A stretch of 64,000 nucleotides of DNA from Candidatus Helarchaeota ASGARD archaeon Hel_GB_B (GCA_005191425.1 SUPR01000002.1:2453-66452); one strand, 5' to 3'; counted from the first letter of the stretch, positions 1-10,767 are shown. Notes: generated by a model not told the origin, from the letters alone. A program made the numbers and translations.

Positions 1-986
1 TGTACCACCCAATTTTACCACTCCTTCCACCAGAGGAAGTAGAGAGACAAATCCAATTAAATGAAGAATATAATAGTAGTGTTTTAGAGAATTTTGCTGG
101 TATCAAGGGTTTTTTCCCGCCAGAGATGTGCATTTCACAAAATACATTAAATGTGGTAAAGAAATTGGGGTTTAAATGGATAATTGCCGATGGAGTAGCA
201 TGTCCAGCAGAATGGCCGACTAATAAATATTATAAATACGATGATTTGGCAGTACTTTTCAGAGATTCTATTATAAGCAATGAAATTGCGTTTAAAGACA
301 TTTCTGCCATGGATTTAATAAGGAAATTGGAAGTGTTATTTGAACAAGATTATTATTTGATAATAGCATTAGACGGAGAAACATTTGGACACCATATTAA
401 GGACTATGAAACTTTATTTTTGGAGAAATTTATTAATTTAATAAATGAGAATGAAGATATTGAACTTGTATTTGTAGACGATATATTGAATTTATATCCA
501 TCAGCCAGTGTGATCCGTCCTATTGACAGTAGTTGGAGTACCACGCATGAAAATATAATTAATGAAGTCCCATATCCTTTATGGGCAAACCCTGTAAATA
601 GGTTACATATAATTCAAAACAAATTACAAGAAAAAGTCTATGAATTTATAGAGTTAATTAAAGATGAATCGAAAAAGGACAAAACAGACACAAAATTTCA
701 AGATTGCTACCAAACTGTAAGGAGATTACTGGATAAGGGAGAATTTTCTTGTAAATTGTGGTGGGCATGTCCAGAACATTTTGATTTTAATATAATTATT
801 GAAGGAAACCAGTATCTTATAAAATCAGCGATAAATGCTTTAAAGTGCATAATGAACATGAGTAACTCAAAAGAAATTAAATTTAAGGCAAGAAATCTAT
901 ATGAGAATATCTTATTGGAGTATCAACTCCTTTTAAGAGAAATTGGTACCCATTTTGAATATAAATATAAATTTGGACATTTTTAA
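1..986 (+). CDS. Glycoside hydrolase family 57-like / polysaccharide-processing enzyme, 5'-partial; the reading frame is open from the first base of the window
   Basis: ORF 126..986 extends in frame to the window edge with no stop. The ALDGETFGHH segment resembles the GH57/DUF1957 catalytic region. The family assignment is tentative. Confidence 0.35.
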   Translation, partial: YHPILPLLPPEEVERQIQLNEEYNSSVLENFAGIKGFFPPEMCISQNTLNVVKKLGFKWIIADGVACPAEWPTNKYYKYDDLAVLFRDSIISNEIAFKDISAMDLIRKLEVLFEQDYYLIIALDGETFGHHIKDYETLFLEKFINLINENEDIELVFVDDILNLYPSASVIRPIDSSWSTTHENIINEVPYPLWANPVNRLHIIQNKLQEKVYEFIELIKDESKKDKTDTKFQDCYQTVRRLLDKGEFSCKLWWACPEHFDFNIIIEGNQYLIKSAINALKCIMNMSNSKEIKFKARNLYENILLEYQLLLREIGTHFEYKYKFGHF

Positions 987-1003
987 ATCTTTGAAAATAG
1001 AAT

Positions 1004-2821
1004 GTGGTCGATATGGTAAATTTTACAGAAACTGCAATCAAAATTCTTGAAGCCAGATATTTAATTAGAGATAAAAATATGAATATCCTTGAAACTCCTG
1101 AAGATATGTTAAAAAGAGTTGCAAAAAATATTGCATCTGCCGATTTACAATATGGTTTTTCGGAAAAAGAGGTCAATAATACCGAAAAAAAATTTTTTGA
1201 AATAATGGACAATTTGGAATTTTTACCAAATTCACCAACTTTAATGAACGCAAACACGATTTTTCAGCAATTATCAGCGTGTTTTGTATTACCAATAAAT
1301 GACAATTTAGATAGTATATTTTCTACCTTGAAAAATGCCGCAATAATTCAGCAAACAGGTGGTGGAACCGGATTTAATTTTTCAAATCTTAGGCCATTTA
1401 ATGATTTGGTTAGAGGTCTGCCAGCTGCGGCTGGGCCAGTTGGTTTTATGAAAATATTCGATATTACTACAGACGTAATCAAACAAGGGGGAAGACGACG
1501 TGGTGCAAATATGGGAATATTAGACATTACGCACCCAGACATTATAAAATTTGTTAGCTCGAAGGTAGACCCCAATTTTTTAAAGAATTTTAATATTTCT
1601 GTTGCAATAACGGACGAATTTATGGAAGCAGTGCTTAATAAAAAAGAATTTAATTTGATAAATCCTAGGACAAATGAAGTAGTAAAAGTAGTAGATGCAA
1701 ATAAAATCTTAGATTTAATTAGTATGATGGCATGGATGAGTGGTGACCCAGGAGTAATATATTTAGATACAATAAATAAAAACAATCCGTTAAAAAATCT
1801 TGGTATTATAAGAAGCACTAATCCATGTGGAGAAGTCCCCTTATATCCATATGAAGCTTGTAATTTAGGTTCAATTAATTTGTCTAAATTAGTGAAAAAT
1901 AAGTCTATTAATTACCAAAGATTAAAGGATATTATACATATAGCAGTTCATTTTCTTGACAATGTCATTGATATGAGTAAATTTCCCATAAAAGAGATTT
2001 CAGAAATGGTTAAAAATACAAGAAAAATAGGTTTAGGAGTTATGGGTTTTGCGGATTTATTATTTCAATTAGAAATACCATATAATAGTCCTGAAGCACT
2101 AGAAGTAGCCGAAGAACTTATGAAATTCGTAAAAAAAGAGGCTGAATCATCTTCTAAACATCTAGCAGAAATAAAAGGTCCATTTCCATATATTGATAAA
2201 AGTATCTATTATAAAAAACAAGAGCTTAGAAATGCAACATTACTTTCCATTGCACCTACTGGAACAATTAGCTTGCTTGCTGATTGTTCAAGTGGTATAG
2301 AACCTGTTTATGGACTTGGTTATACTCGTGAAATGTTAGATGGCAAGATAATTACAATTTTGAATAAACATCTTGAAAAAAAATTGAAGGATTTAGGACT
2401 TTATTCGGAACAGGTAATTGAAAAGTTGCTGGCTACTGGCTCAATACAGGATACTGAACTACCTGACAACATTAAAAGAGTATTTATAACAGCGCTTGAG
2501 ATAGACCCTAAAGACCACTTAAAAATGCAAGCGAAATTTCAGAAATTTGTTGATAATTCGATCAGTAAAACAATCAACCTCCCTTTTGAAACCCCGCTAG
2601 AAAAAATCAAGGAAATTTATATTATGGGATGGAAGTTGGGTTGTAAAGGAGTGACAGTTTATAGGGATAAGTCTAGGAGCGAACAAGTTTTAACTTTCGG
2701 AAAAAAAGCAATTCAAGAAAAAAATAAGGAACATTGTCCAGATTGTGGGAGCATGAACATTATAAGAGAAGGAAAATGCTTAATTTGTAGAGATTGTGGA
2801 TATTCATTATGTAATTTATAA
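1004..2821 (+). CDS. nrdJ: Class II (adenosylcobalamin-dependent) ribonucleotide reductase with C-terminal zinc ribbon
   Basis: Motifs TGGGTGFNFSNLRP and NPCGEVPL (catalytic Cys-Glu) are present. The C-terminus carries CPDCGS...CLICRDCG (Cys4), typical of archaeal NrdJ. Confidence 0.85.
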   Translation: MVDMVNFTETAIKILEARYLIRDKNMNILETPEDMLKRVAKNIASADLQYGFSEKEVNNTEKKFFEIMDNLEFLPNSPTLMNANTIFQQLSACFVLPINDNLDSIFSTLKNAAIIQQTGGGTGFNFSNLRPFNDLVRGLPAAAGPVGFMKIFDITTDVIKQGGRRRGANMGILDITHPDIIKFVSSKVDPNFLKNFNISVAITDEFMEAVLNKKEFNLINPRTNEVVKVVDANKILDLISMMAWMSGDPGVIYLDTINKNNPLKNLGIIRSTNPCGEVPLYPYEACNLGSINLSKLVKNKSINYQRLKDIIHIAVHFLDNVIDMSKFPIKEISEMVKNTRKIGLGVMGFADLLFQLEIPYNSPEALEVAEELMKFVKKEAESSSKHLAEIKGPFPYIDKSIYYKKQELRNATLLSIAPTGTISLLADCSSGIEPVYGLGYTREMLDGKIITILNKHLEKKLKDLGLYSEQVIEKLLATGSIQDTELPDNIKRVFITALEIDPKDHLKMQAKFQKFVDNSISKTINLPFETPLEKIKEIYIMGWKLGCKGVTVYRDKSRSEQVLTFGKKAIQEKNKEHCPDCGSMNIIREGKCLICRDCGYSLCNL

Positions 2822-3170
2822 ATTAAAATACAAAATACGACTTGAATTAGGTATTAAAAATATGAATGCTAACAAAAAAGGAGAAAAAAAACTTTATATT
2901 TTTGGGGTATATTTTTGTTCTTGCAAAACACTAATAATTTGGTATCCAGATATAAAGAAATTCCCTGAAATGGATTATTTTCCAGATGTAATAGAATGTC
3001 CAATCTGTAAAAAATCAATTCCACCTAAAGAAAAATTGAGAATTGATCCAGAGCTTGATCTAGTTGATCAATTTTTAAGAATAAGCTCTTATTATGATTT
3101 TAAGAAGTTCTTAATAATTGATGAATCGCATGTTCATTTTTTTTGGAATAAACCAGATATAATTAATTAG
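2796..3170 (+). CDS. Hypothetical small protein with CxC...CPIC zinc-ribbon-like motif; the true start is probably the internal Met near 2862
   Basis: Supported by the ORF only. No recognisable family. Confidence 0.25.
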   Translation: MDIHYVIYKLKYKIRLELGIKNMNANKKGEKKLYIFGVYFCSCKTLIIWYPDIKKFPEMDYFPDVIECPICKKSIPPKEKLRIDPELDLVDQFLRISSYYDFKKFLIIDESHVHFFWNKPDIIN

Positions 3171-3216
3171 ATTGTAGTTAAAATGAAATTAAAAGTCAAT
3201 ATTATGATATACAATT

Positions 3217-3876
3217 TTATAAACAGATATTAATAAGTTCTCCTAATGAATCAATATGTATCTGGGAATATTCTCTTACTTTTTCGTTATGTATATTGAA
3301 ACTTATTCCAAAATATTCTTTAAAAACTTTTACATCAGTTATTCCGTCTCCAATGTGAGCAATTTCATCTTTTTTAATATTATAATTCTTTTGCATAAAT
3401 TTTATAGCTCCTATTTTGTCGACTTCGTAATTGTCAGTTTCAAATGGTAAAAATGTATCATAGAAATAACCTTTATAATCAAATAATGGGTGCATTGCAA
3501 AAATTTGTCGGATATATTCATGACCAATTTCTTTAACTTTTTGATGTATCATAATATTAGGTGCAGAAGAGTTTATAATTATAATTAACCCATTTTCATA
3601 TAATTCTTTTATTACTTCTTTAACAAGAGGTTGTAAAGTTAATAATTTTCCAGCTTCAATAAAATCTCGATAATGTAATTTTGCTTTTTTAAATAAAATA
3701 TGTTCTGTTTCTCTAAATTCTCGTGGATTTAATGAGACTTTATAATCATCAATTCTACCTTTTGGGATATTCATATAATCCCTTAAAAAGCCCCAAGAAT
3801 TGACTTGAACAGTAATTACTCCATCAAAATCGAAACTAATCAGTTTGAATTTATTATTCAAATTAATACACATCAC
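3217..3876 (-). CDS. HAD-superfamily phosphatase/hydrolase
   Basis: N-terminal FDFDGVIT matches HAD motif I (DxDGT/V). C-terminal GDGITDV matches HAD motif IV. Confidence 0.7.
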   Translation of the reverse strand: MMCINLNNKFKLISFDFDGVITVQVNSWGFLRDYMNIPKGRIDDYKVSLNPREFRETEHILFKKAKLHYRDFIEAGKLLTLQPLVKEVIKELYENGLIIIINSSAPNIMIHQKVKEIGHEYIRQIFAMHPLFDYKGYFYDTFLPFETDNYEVDKIGAIKFMQKNYNIKKDEIAHIGDGITDVKVFKEYFGISFNIHNEKVREYSQIHIDSLGELINICL

Positions 3877-3893
3877 TATTTACTTAAAATTAT

Positions 3894-5129
3894 TTAGACA
3901 GATTTTTCAAACTTGCGTATTACATTTTCATATGCATTTTTCTTTCGTAAATCAATAAATCTTTTTCCCTTTCTTCCAATAATAGGGATTAAATCTTTTT
4001 CAATAACTTTAACAGTAGTATTAATTGAAGTTGAAGCTGAAATTACACTTTTTATTTTTGTCATTAACTTTCGATCCATTTCACTGTACAGCTCAACATA
4101 AAGTCTTGTTTCGTCAAGCCCTCTATTTGAATCCACAACAAACAGATAATTTCTAATTTCATTTATTTTAAAAAGTTCGGATTCTATTGTAAAAGGTGAA
4201 ATAAGAGTTCCTTTAATTTTTGTTAAATCGTCTAACCGCTCTTCAATATAATCGATAAGTATAGAATCGCGTCCACAAGCACATTTTCCAATAATTCGGG
4301 AGTGGTCTCCAGATGCAAACCTGATGGCAAGGGTCCCCGTTTTAGAAATAGTTGTATAACAAAGTTCACCTTTACCAGAACTGTCTTCATTTATTATTTC
4401 AACTAAAATATGGTCTGTAGGCCAATGAATGCCCATTTTTTCTTCACATTCTGCTCCAGCTCCTACTTCACTTAGTCCATATCCAATTCGTACATCAATA
4501 TCCCACATTTCTTCTATTTTCTTCCGTTTTGATTCTGGTAATGGCTCACCTAATACATAGGCTTTTTTTAATGAATATTCTCTTGGGTCTTTATCGTTAT
4601 CTTGAAGATAATATCCAAGCTTCAATAAATATTGTGGTATCCCTATAAATACTGTGGCATTAAATAATTTCATCAAGTCTAGATGTTGTTTACCTGTAGA
4701 TAGCCTACCTGCCGGTATAATTTTTGCTCCTAATGCCTTAGCAGCATCATGGACAACAAAACCTGCAAAAAACATGCCGTATGGAGTAGAGTTATAAACA
4801 ATATCGTTTTTATCAATTCCAGCTAATTTTAAACACCTAACATTCTGTTCAACATAAACATCCCAGTCATTATAAGTAAAACCCACAACTGTTGGAGTCC
4901 CTGAAGTACCTGAAGTGGTATGAAATTTATACACATTTTTAGGGTCTCCAATAACAGCCCAAAAATCCTTAACAATGTCCTTTTTTGAAATAATTGGCAT
5001 TTTTTTTAAGTCATCGATCGATTTGAAGTCTTCTGGTTTTAAGTTTCGTTTCCTCATTTCAGCTCCGTAAAATTTGGTTTTATAAGCGAGTTTTATGGTG
5101 TTTTTAAATCGAGTTAATCTCTGTTCCAT
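3894..5129 (-). CDS. Phenylacetate-CoA ligase family (PaaK / coenzyme F390 synthetase-like adenylate-forming enzyme)
   Basis: AMP-binding motif TSGTSGTPT is present. The ~410 aa length and overall pattern are typical of the PaaK/F390 synthetase family. Confidence 0.7.
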   Translation of the reverse strand: MEQRLTRFKNTIKLAYKTKFYGAEMRKRNLKPEDFKSIDDLKKMPIISKKDIVKDFWAVIGDPKNVYKFHTTSGTSGTPTVVGFTYNDWDVYVEQNVRCLKLAGIDKNDIVYNSTPYGMFFAGFVVHDAAKALGAKIIPAGRLSTGKQHLDLMKLFNATVFIGIPQYLLKLGYYLQDNDKDPREYSLKKAYVLGEPLPESKRKKIEEMWDIDVRIGYGLSEVGAGAECEEKMGIHWPTDHILVEIINEDSSGKGELCYTTISKTGTLAIRFASGDHSRIIGKCACGRDSILIDYIEERLDDLTKIKGTLISPFTIESELFKINEIRNYLFVVDSNRGLDETRLYVELYSEMDRKLMTKIKSVISASTSINTTVKVIEKDLIPIIGRKGKRFIDLRKKNAYENVIRKFEKSV

Positions 5130-5410
5130 ATTTAATTTTGAATTGTTAATTGATTTAAAGATTTATCCTATTAATTTCTTTTAAAATATTAAAAGTAGAA
5201 AATCAAGGTATATGTAAAAATATACATTAAATACCAAATAAAGTTTAGAAAAACAAAATAAAAGCAAAAGTAATAATATGTTTACTAAACTTTTGAGAAT
5301 TTTAAAATGTTATTTGAAAATTTTTTACCCAATGTTTTTATTATTTAATGTTCATAATTTGATTAATATCGAGTAGATCACAAGTTTAAAAATTAAAAAA
5401 ATGAATTAAA

Positions 5411-7042
5411 ATGAAAGAAAATCCAATAATTTTAGATACTCAAATAAGTAAAGTTGTTTTGTATAGGGATGGCGCAAAAATAGAAAGGAATGGAAATGTA
5501 GCGTTAGAAGTGGGGACTAATGAAATAAAGTTACCTAAAATTTCAAGATTTTGCGATCCAAATAGTATAAGGGTTAGTGGACTAGGTAGCGGTACTCTTG
5601 TAGATATTAAAGTAAATAAAAAATTTCAAGAACAAACAGGATTTCAAAAGTTAGACGAATTAATCAAAAAAAGAAAGGATTTAGAGAAAGAAATTTTTTC
5701 AAACAAAGAAGAATTAGGGTTTATTACCCAACGAAAAAATGATCTTAATCAAATTTTTAAAAATTTTGTAGTAGAGTTTCCAAAATGGTTTTCCAGTGGA
5801 GAAAGCGAGATTAAACGTTTAGAAGATTTAAATTCGCTGACTATAAGTCAGAATAATGAGTTATCATCAAAAATCGGTGAATTAAAACTTAAAATAGAAG
5901 ATTTAGAAAAAAAGTTATCTGTAATTAATGCCGAAATAGATAAAATTAATCGATTACATGATAGAAAAGTCGATGAATATTATGAAATTATAGTGACAAT
6001 TGAATCCGAAAAAAATGAAGAATTTGACCTGAAAGTATCTTATCAAGTAATGAATGCCTTCTGGGAACCGATATATGATGTAAATTTAAGTGAATCCCAA
6101 TGTGAAATAAAATATATGGCATCAATTGTAAATAACACTTTTGAAGATTGGAAAGATGTTGGTTTAGAAGTTTCTACCGCTGTTTTTCAATCAGTAGAAC
6201 TAATTGAACCTGAACCATGGTATATTGATGTATATTATCCTCCACCACCATCACCGCCGCCTAGACGTAAATATGCAATGAAAAAAATGTTGACCAGCGC
6301 CGCAAAGCCTTTAAAAATGGAAGAAAAAGCGGTAGACGAAAGTATGGAAGACGATTTTGTTGAGGAACAACTTGATTATAGACCAGAAATTAAAGAAGAA
6401 ACAGCATCATTTTCAGAAAATGCTACAGGTATCCAAATATTTTCATTACCAAACAAAGTTAATATACCATCAGATGGTAATCCACATCCTATACTTTTAA
6501 CGAAATTTGAATTAGATTCAAGGACTGAATATTATTGGTCTTCAATGAACCCAATTGGAGTAATTGCTCAAAGCATTATAAAAAATGGTGAAACTGTCCT
6601 ATTACCGAGTGAAAAAGTCAAAGTTTTTCATGAAAAAGATTTTGTAGGAGAAACTGCAATTAAGACAATATCGCCATTTGAAGAATTTAAACTGGGTACA
6701 CGATTAAGTTATGATTTAAAAGTAGAAAAGAAACTCTTAAAACGAAAGGCAGAAAAAGCCGGGATTATTAAGGGAAAATTAGGAAAAGATTATACATATT
6801 CCATTATTATCAACAATTTTAAAAAAGATGAAAAGAAAATTACAGTTATTGATAGGATCCCAATGTCGCGCTCAGAACAAATTAAAGTTGCAATTAAAGA
6901 AATTAGTCTTGAACCGAAAAAAGATAATCTAAATATTTTAGTATGGGAATTAACACTAAAACCAGAGGAAACAATTAAAATAAATTATAGTTTTAGTGTA
7001 GAATATGGAAAAGATGTTACTATAGTCCCTCCATTACCATAA
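5411..7042 (+). CDS. DUF4139/MuiA-like protein with central coiled coil and a proline-rich PPPPSPPP linker
   Basis: The N-terminal beta-rich segment (VVLYRDGAKIERNGNVALEVGTNEIKLP) resembles the DUF4140/DUF4139 family. Long heptad-like K/E-rich stretches follow. The assignment is tentative. Confidence 0.35.
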   Translation: MKENPIILDTQISKVVLYRDGAKIERNGNVALEVGTNEIKLPKISRFCDPNSIRVSGLGSGTLVDIKVNKKFQEQTGFQKLDELIKKRKDLEKEIFSNKEELGFITQRKNDLNQIFKNFVVEFPKWFSSGESEIKRLEDLNSLTISQNNELSSKIGELKLKIEDLEKKLSVINAEIDKINRLHDRKVDEYYEIIVTIESEKNEEFDLKVSYQVMNAFWEPIYDVNLSESQCEIKYMASIVNNTFEDWKDVGLEVSTAVFQSVELIEPEPWYIDVYYPPPPSPPPRRKYAMKKMLTSAAKPLKMEEKAVDESMEDDFVEEQLDYRPEIKEETASFSENATGIQIFSLPNKVNIPSDGNPHPILLTKFELDSRTEYYWSSMNPIGVIAQSIIKNGETVLLPSEKVKVFHEKDFVGETAIKTISPFEEFKLGTRLSYDLKVEKKLLKRKAEKAGIIKGKLGKDYTYSIIINNFKKDEKKITVIDRIPMSRSEQIKVAIKEISLEPKKDNLNILVWELTLKPEETIKINYSFSVEYGKDVTIVPPLP

Positions 7043-7303
7043 ATTCTAACAAATACAAAATTCTATTTTTTAACTTTCAACCGACAATTTATATTATTTT
7101 TAATTGAATGTTTTTATTAGAAAATTAAAAGATTTATTTGCAATTTGTAGTAAAATTAACAAGTTATCCATAATTTAAAATGAGTATGTTTTCGGTATTA
7201 ACTAATTAAACTTTTTATAATGCATTTAGATATTTTGTGAAATAATGATTAAAGAAAGATTTAAGACAAATTTTATAAAGTATTTTCATATAATTCTTAA
7301 CAA

Positions 7304-7313
7304 TTTATAAATA
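7304..7313 (+). promoter_or_regulatory. Candidate archaeal TATA box (TTTATAAATA), about 26 nt upstream of the psmA ATG; this suggests a leaderless transcript
   Basis: The sequence matches the archaeal TATA consensus. The spacing fits TSS-at-ATG architecture. Confidence 0.3.
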
Positions 7314-7323
7314 AAGTAAAACG

Positions 7324-8064
7324 GTGTATATGATGTTTGGAACAGGCGGTGAAAGAGGTTACGATCTAGCAAGTACTACTTTTAGTCCCGAAGGTAGAAT
7401 TTTTCAAGTAGAATATGCCATTGAGGCGGTAAGACATGGTACAGGTGCAATAGGTATTAAGTCAAAAGAGGGTGTAGTATTAACTGTTGAAAAAAGGGTA
7501 GGAGTCCTCCAAAAGCCCGAGACAATAGAAAAAATTTTTGATATAGATACACATATTGGTGCAGCTATTGCGGGACTTACTGCTGATGCCCGTGTATTAA
7601 TAGATTATGCCCGAATTCAAACCCAAAATAACCAGATAATATACAATGAACCAATCTCGACTATTGGACTTGTCAGAAAAATATGCGATGTCAAACAATT
7701 ATATACTTCTAGAGGCGGAGCAAGACCTTTTGGTGTTTCATTCTTAATTGCAGGTGTAGATTCGGATGGAACTCCAAGATTATACATGACAGACCCATCT
7801 GGTGCATATTGGAGTTTTAAAGCGACGTCAATAGGACAAAATTCTGATAAAGTTAAGGATTTTTTAACCCAAAAATATAAGAGCGACTTGACTCTTGACG
7901 AAGCAATAATCCTTTCAATTCAAGCTCTGAAAGAATCTATGGTAGATGAAAGCGAATTAACCGCTAAAAATGTCGAGATTGCTGTAATTAAAACTGAAGA
8001 CCACAAATTTTACCGGTTAACTCATGAAGAAATAGATAACTATATTAAAAAAGGAATAAATTAA
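7324..8064 (+). CDS. psmA: Proteasome subunit alpha
   Basis: Contains the YDLASTTFSPEGRIFQVEYA signature. The track ORF starts on GTG; the true start is probably ATG at 7330 or 7333. Confidence 0.9.
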   Translation: MYMMFGTGGERGYDLASTTFSPEGRIFQVEYAIEAVRHGTGAIGIKSKEGVVLTVEKRVGVLQKPETIEKIFDIDTHIGAAIAGLTADARVLIDYARIQTQNNQIIYNEPISTIGLVRKICDVKQLYTSRGGARPFGVSFLIAGVDSDGTPRLYMTDPSGAYWSFKATSIGQNSDKVKDFLTQKYKSDLTLDEAIILSIQALKESMVDESELTAKNVEIAVIKTEDHKFYRLTHEEIDNYIKKGIN

Positions 8065-8104
8065 TAAAAATAATATTTTATTGAAAATTATTTCTCAATA
8101 TTTT

Positions 8105-8656
8105 TTATTTTAAATATTCAGATTGTATTTCAATAATTTCTTTACTAGTTTTAGCATTAGAATATCTATCCAATAATTCTTGATTTAATAACAAAAATTG
8201 AATACCCCAATTAAATTTATTTAAAATCTTTTTTGAATGTTCTTTATAGCCTAAAATAAATAATGATGCAGCAAATGCCTCAACACTACTTAACTTAAAC
8301 GGTTTTCCATAATTTACTGGATTCGCAGCAATTAAATATGGTAAACTGCGATTGACTGCTCTAATTTTTTTACCATTAAATAACTGTTCTAAAAGAGCCC
8401 ACGAACAGTCCATAACAACGATTCCATTTTTTTCAGCATAGATTCGGTCCTCGGCTGAGAGTGCTTTTATTGCCAATGGATTGAGTAATAAATGGCCCTT
8501 AGAAATTTTAGAAAAAGGAATAATTTTGACAAAACCAAACCGTTTTAATTTTAATAATGTACATTTCTTGGGATCACATTGATTAGCATTATATCCATAA
8601 AGTTTTACAGGAAAAATCTTCCAATTTATATCTATCGCGGACTTAATTTGCTTCAT
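8105..8656 (-). CDS. tsr3: Tsr3-like 18S/16S rRNA aminocarboxypropyltransferase (DUF367)
   Basis: ~180 aa with QCDPKKCT near the N-terminus and a DCSW motif, as in archaeal Tsr3. Confidence 0.55.
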   Translation of the reverse strand: MKQIKSAIDINWKIFPVKLYGYNANQCDPKKCTLLKLKRFGFVKIIPFSKISKGHLLLNPLAIKALSAEDRIYAEKNGIVVMDCSWALLEQLFNGKKIRAVNRSLPYLIAANPVNYGKPFKLSSVEAFAASLFILGYKEHSKKILNKFNWGIQFLLLNQELLDRYSNAKTSKEIIEIQSEYLK

Positions 8657-8746
8657 TCTAATGTCGAAACGATTTATTTGGTTTAAAATAGAATTAAAAT
8701 TAAAATTTAATAATTTTATTAATTATTTTACTATATTTTGTAATAT

Positions 8747-10555
8747 TTATTTTGGGATTATTTCGTTAAAAGGTTTTACAATGAACTCGCAAATAGGATC
8801 ACCTTTATTTATACATTTTACCTCTTTACAAATTACTTTTTCATTAGTTATACATTCAAATATCCCTGCAATAAGACCAGCAGTTAAGTGGTCAACTATT
8901 TCACCGGATTTGTTTTTAACCGAGCCTATGATTGTATTTTCTACAAATAGATGAGCTCTTTTTCTCTCAGGAGAAAAGTATTCCAGATGGAACGAGCCCC
9001 AGCCTTTAGAATTTGCTATTTTTGCCCAAAAATTAAAAATTGCCTCTCCTTCTAATTTTAACTTTTTAGACACATAATTTCCGAATTGAATTGCCATTTG
9101 TCTTCCTAAATTATATTGAATTTCACTGGACTGCTTTTTATCAGTTAATTTTTCTATACTATCAATTATTAGCCTTAAATTTTCATCAGAAATCAAAAAT
9201 GAACGGGACATTTCAATATTTATTATACCGTTTTTATCTATTCTTAAATTATTTTTTAATAAATTGGATTCATAAATTAATGGCTTTAATTTTTCTGCTG
9301 GAGTTGCTATAAAATCACAATATTTACTATAACCTATTGCATTACACTTGATTTCAATACAATCCCATTGATCTTTAGTAAACAGCTCGAGACATGATGT
9401 AATAAGTCCTGCCACTACGCTATGAATTGGTTTATTGGTTTCCCAACGCGCCAAATTATGGACTCTTACCTGTAATATGCCCCGTCGGAGCTCCATTTTC
9501 AATACTTCGACCTTTCCAATTCCAAATGAATTTAATATGTTAATCAGGTCAGCAGGAGTAAATTGAGTGCGAGTTCGTATTATATTTGAAAAAAATGGAT
9601 ATAATTGTTTTCCTGCAAGTTTACCAGCTTTATATAGAGTTTCATTATAAGTTAAATAATCTGTACTTTCAAATAATTTCTTTAATATTTTTGTATACAT
9701 TATTTTTGGAAGTACTAAAAACTCAGAACCAAACAATTTGATAATACCATCTTTAGAGATCGACATGTACTTTTTTATTGTTTCGAAATCTTCTAAAACT
9801 TCAGTTTTTAGTGATATACCTTTGTGAGTTAGGATATACGGGACTTCGGCAGAAATAATATCTGATCCGAACCCTCGGTTTTTAATTACCCTAAGATGAG
9901 GTATTAACGAATCGCCTATTTCTTTAACATTCAGGCTAATTATTGCGCCTGCCAAGTCTTCTAACGCAGTCATCAATTGTACAGAGTGGGCCCGGCGCTC
10001 GATATAAAATAATCCTAAATCACCTGTTTTTCTAAGAAAGTGGAAGATATCCCGAACAAATTTAAGTACCTTATTCTCATCTCCAACTGTAACGATCATA
10101 CTGGTGATGTCATCAAAAATCCATCTGGCATTAACACCTTCTGGAATATGTTCTCTTCGCAATCGTTCTATTTCATAACGCACTTTTGATAGGTCATGCG
10201 GACTACTCATCGTCTGAATTGATTCTTTGAACTTAAATTCTGGTGGAAATTCTACTTTACCATAACAATTTAAAATAATATACCTCTTTTTCTTTGTTAT
10301 CTCTTGGAAAAACGAAGGTGATGTCAAAAAGTCAGGTAATTGATAGAACTGATGAGGTGGATATAAATATTCAATAACAAAAACCTTTCCTCTATCTTTT
10401 AATAATTGTTCTAGAGCAAAATAACCCATAAATGCCGTTTTTCGCGTGCTAGGATGTTCCGAAATTATTAAAATTGCACAACCCGGAGATAACCCACCAC
10501 CTAAAAGTTTATCTAAACTCGCTAGCCCAAAAGGAATTACTGATCGTTTAATCAT
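8747..10555 (-). CDS. KaiC/RecA-superfamily ATPase-like domain (degenerate P-loop) fused to two C-terminal V4R (4-vinyl reductase/TRAPP-like) domains
   Basis: The N-terminus has RecA-like GLASLDKLLGGGL...AILIISEHPSTRKT with a degenerate Walker A. Two C-terminal modules each end in Cys-containing V4R-like motifs (CIEIKCNAIGYSKYCDF; KEVKCINKGDPICEF). Confidence 0.5.
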   Translation of the reverse strand: MIKRSVIPFGLASLDKLLGGGLSPGCAILIISEHPSTRKTAFMGYFALEQLLKDRGKVFVIEYLYPPHQFYQLPDFLTSPSFFQEITKKKRYIILNCYGKVEFPPEFKFKESIQTMSSPHDLSKVRYEIERLRREHIPEGVNARWIFDDITSMIVTVGDENKVLKFVRDIFHFLRKTGDLGLFYIERRAHSVQLMTALEDLAGAIISLNVKEIGDSLIPHLRVIKNRGFGSDIISAEVPYILTHKGISLKTEVLEDFETIKKYMSISKDGIIKLFGSEFLVLPKIMYTKILKKLFESTDYLTYNETLYKAGKLAGKQLYPFFSNIIRTRTQFTPADLINILNSFGIGKVEVLKMELRRGILQVRVHNLARWETNKPIHSVVAGLITSCLELFTKDQWDCIEIKCNAIGYSKYCDFIATPAEKLKPLIYESNLLKNNLRIDKNGIINIEMSRSFLISDENLRLIIDSIEKLTDKKQSSEIQYNLGRQMAIQFGNYVSKKLKLEGEAIFNFWAKIANSKGWGSFHLEYFSPERKRAHLFVENTIIGSVKNKSGEIVDHLTAGLIAGIFECITNEKVICKEVKCINKGDPICEFIVKPFNEIIPK

Positions 10556-10767
10556 TTTTAATACGTCATTGGAGAGTTGTTATAAAATAAAATAATATTT
10601 TATATTATTACAATTATAATATTGACCTTAATTTTTAATCATTATGAGAAAAAGGGAGAAATTTGAATTTTTAATTTGAGTAAAATTATTAAGTAAATAA
10701 GAGTTGGACTTATGATTTTTTGAAAGAATTTATTTGTTAATATTTGAAATTAACAAATTAAGTAATA

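Noticed and set aside
883-1257. Antisense or overlapping track ORFs (for example 883-1257, 1348-1818, 3256-3450, 11177-11482, 39289-39975, 41062-41355, 44723-44992, 54696-55142, 63467-63876)
   Set aside because: Each lies opposite to or overlaps a strongly supported gene (RNR, HAD hydrolase, UMP kinase, CDC48, RFC, AhcY and others). Their compositions are low-complexity and typical of the AT-rich reverse frame.
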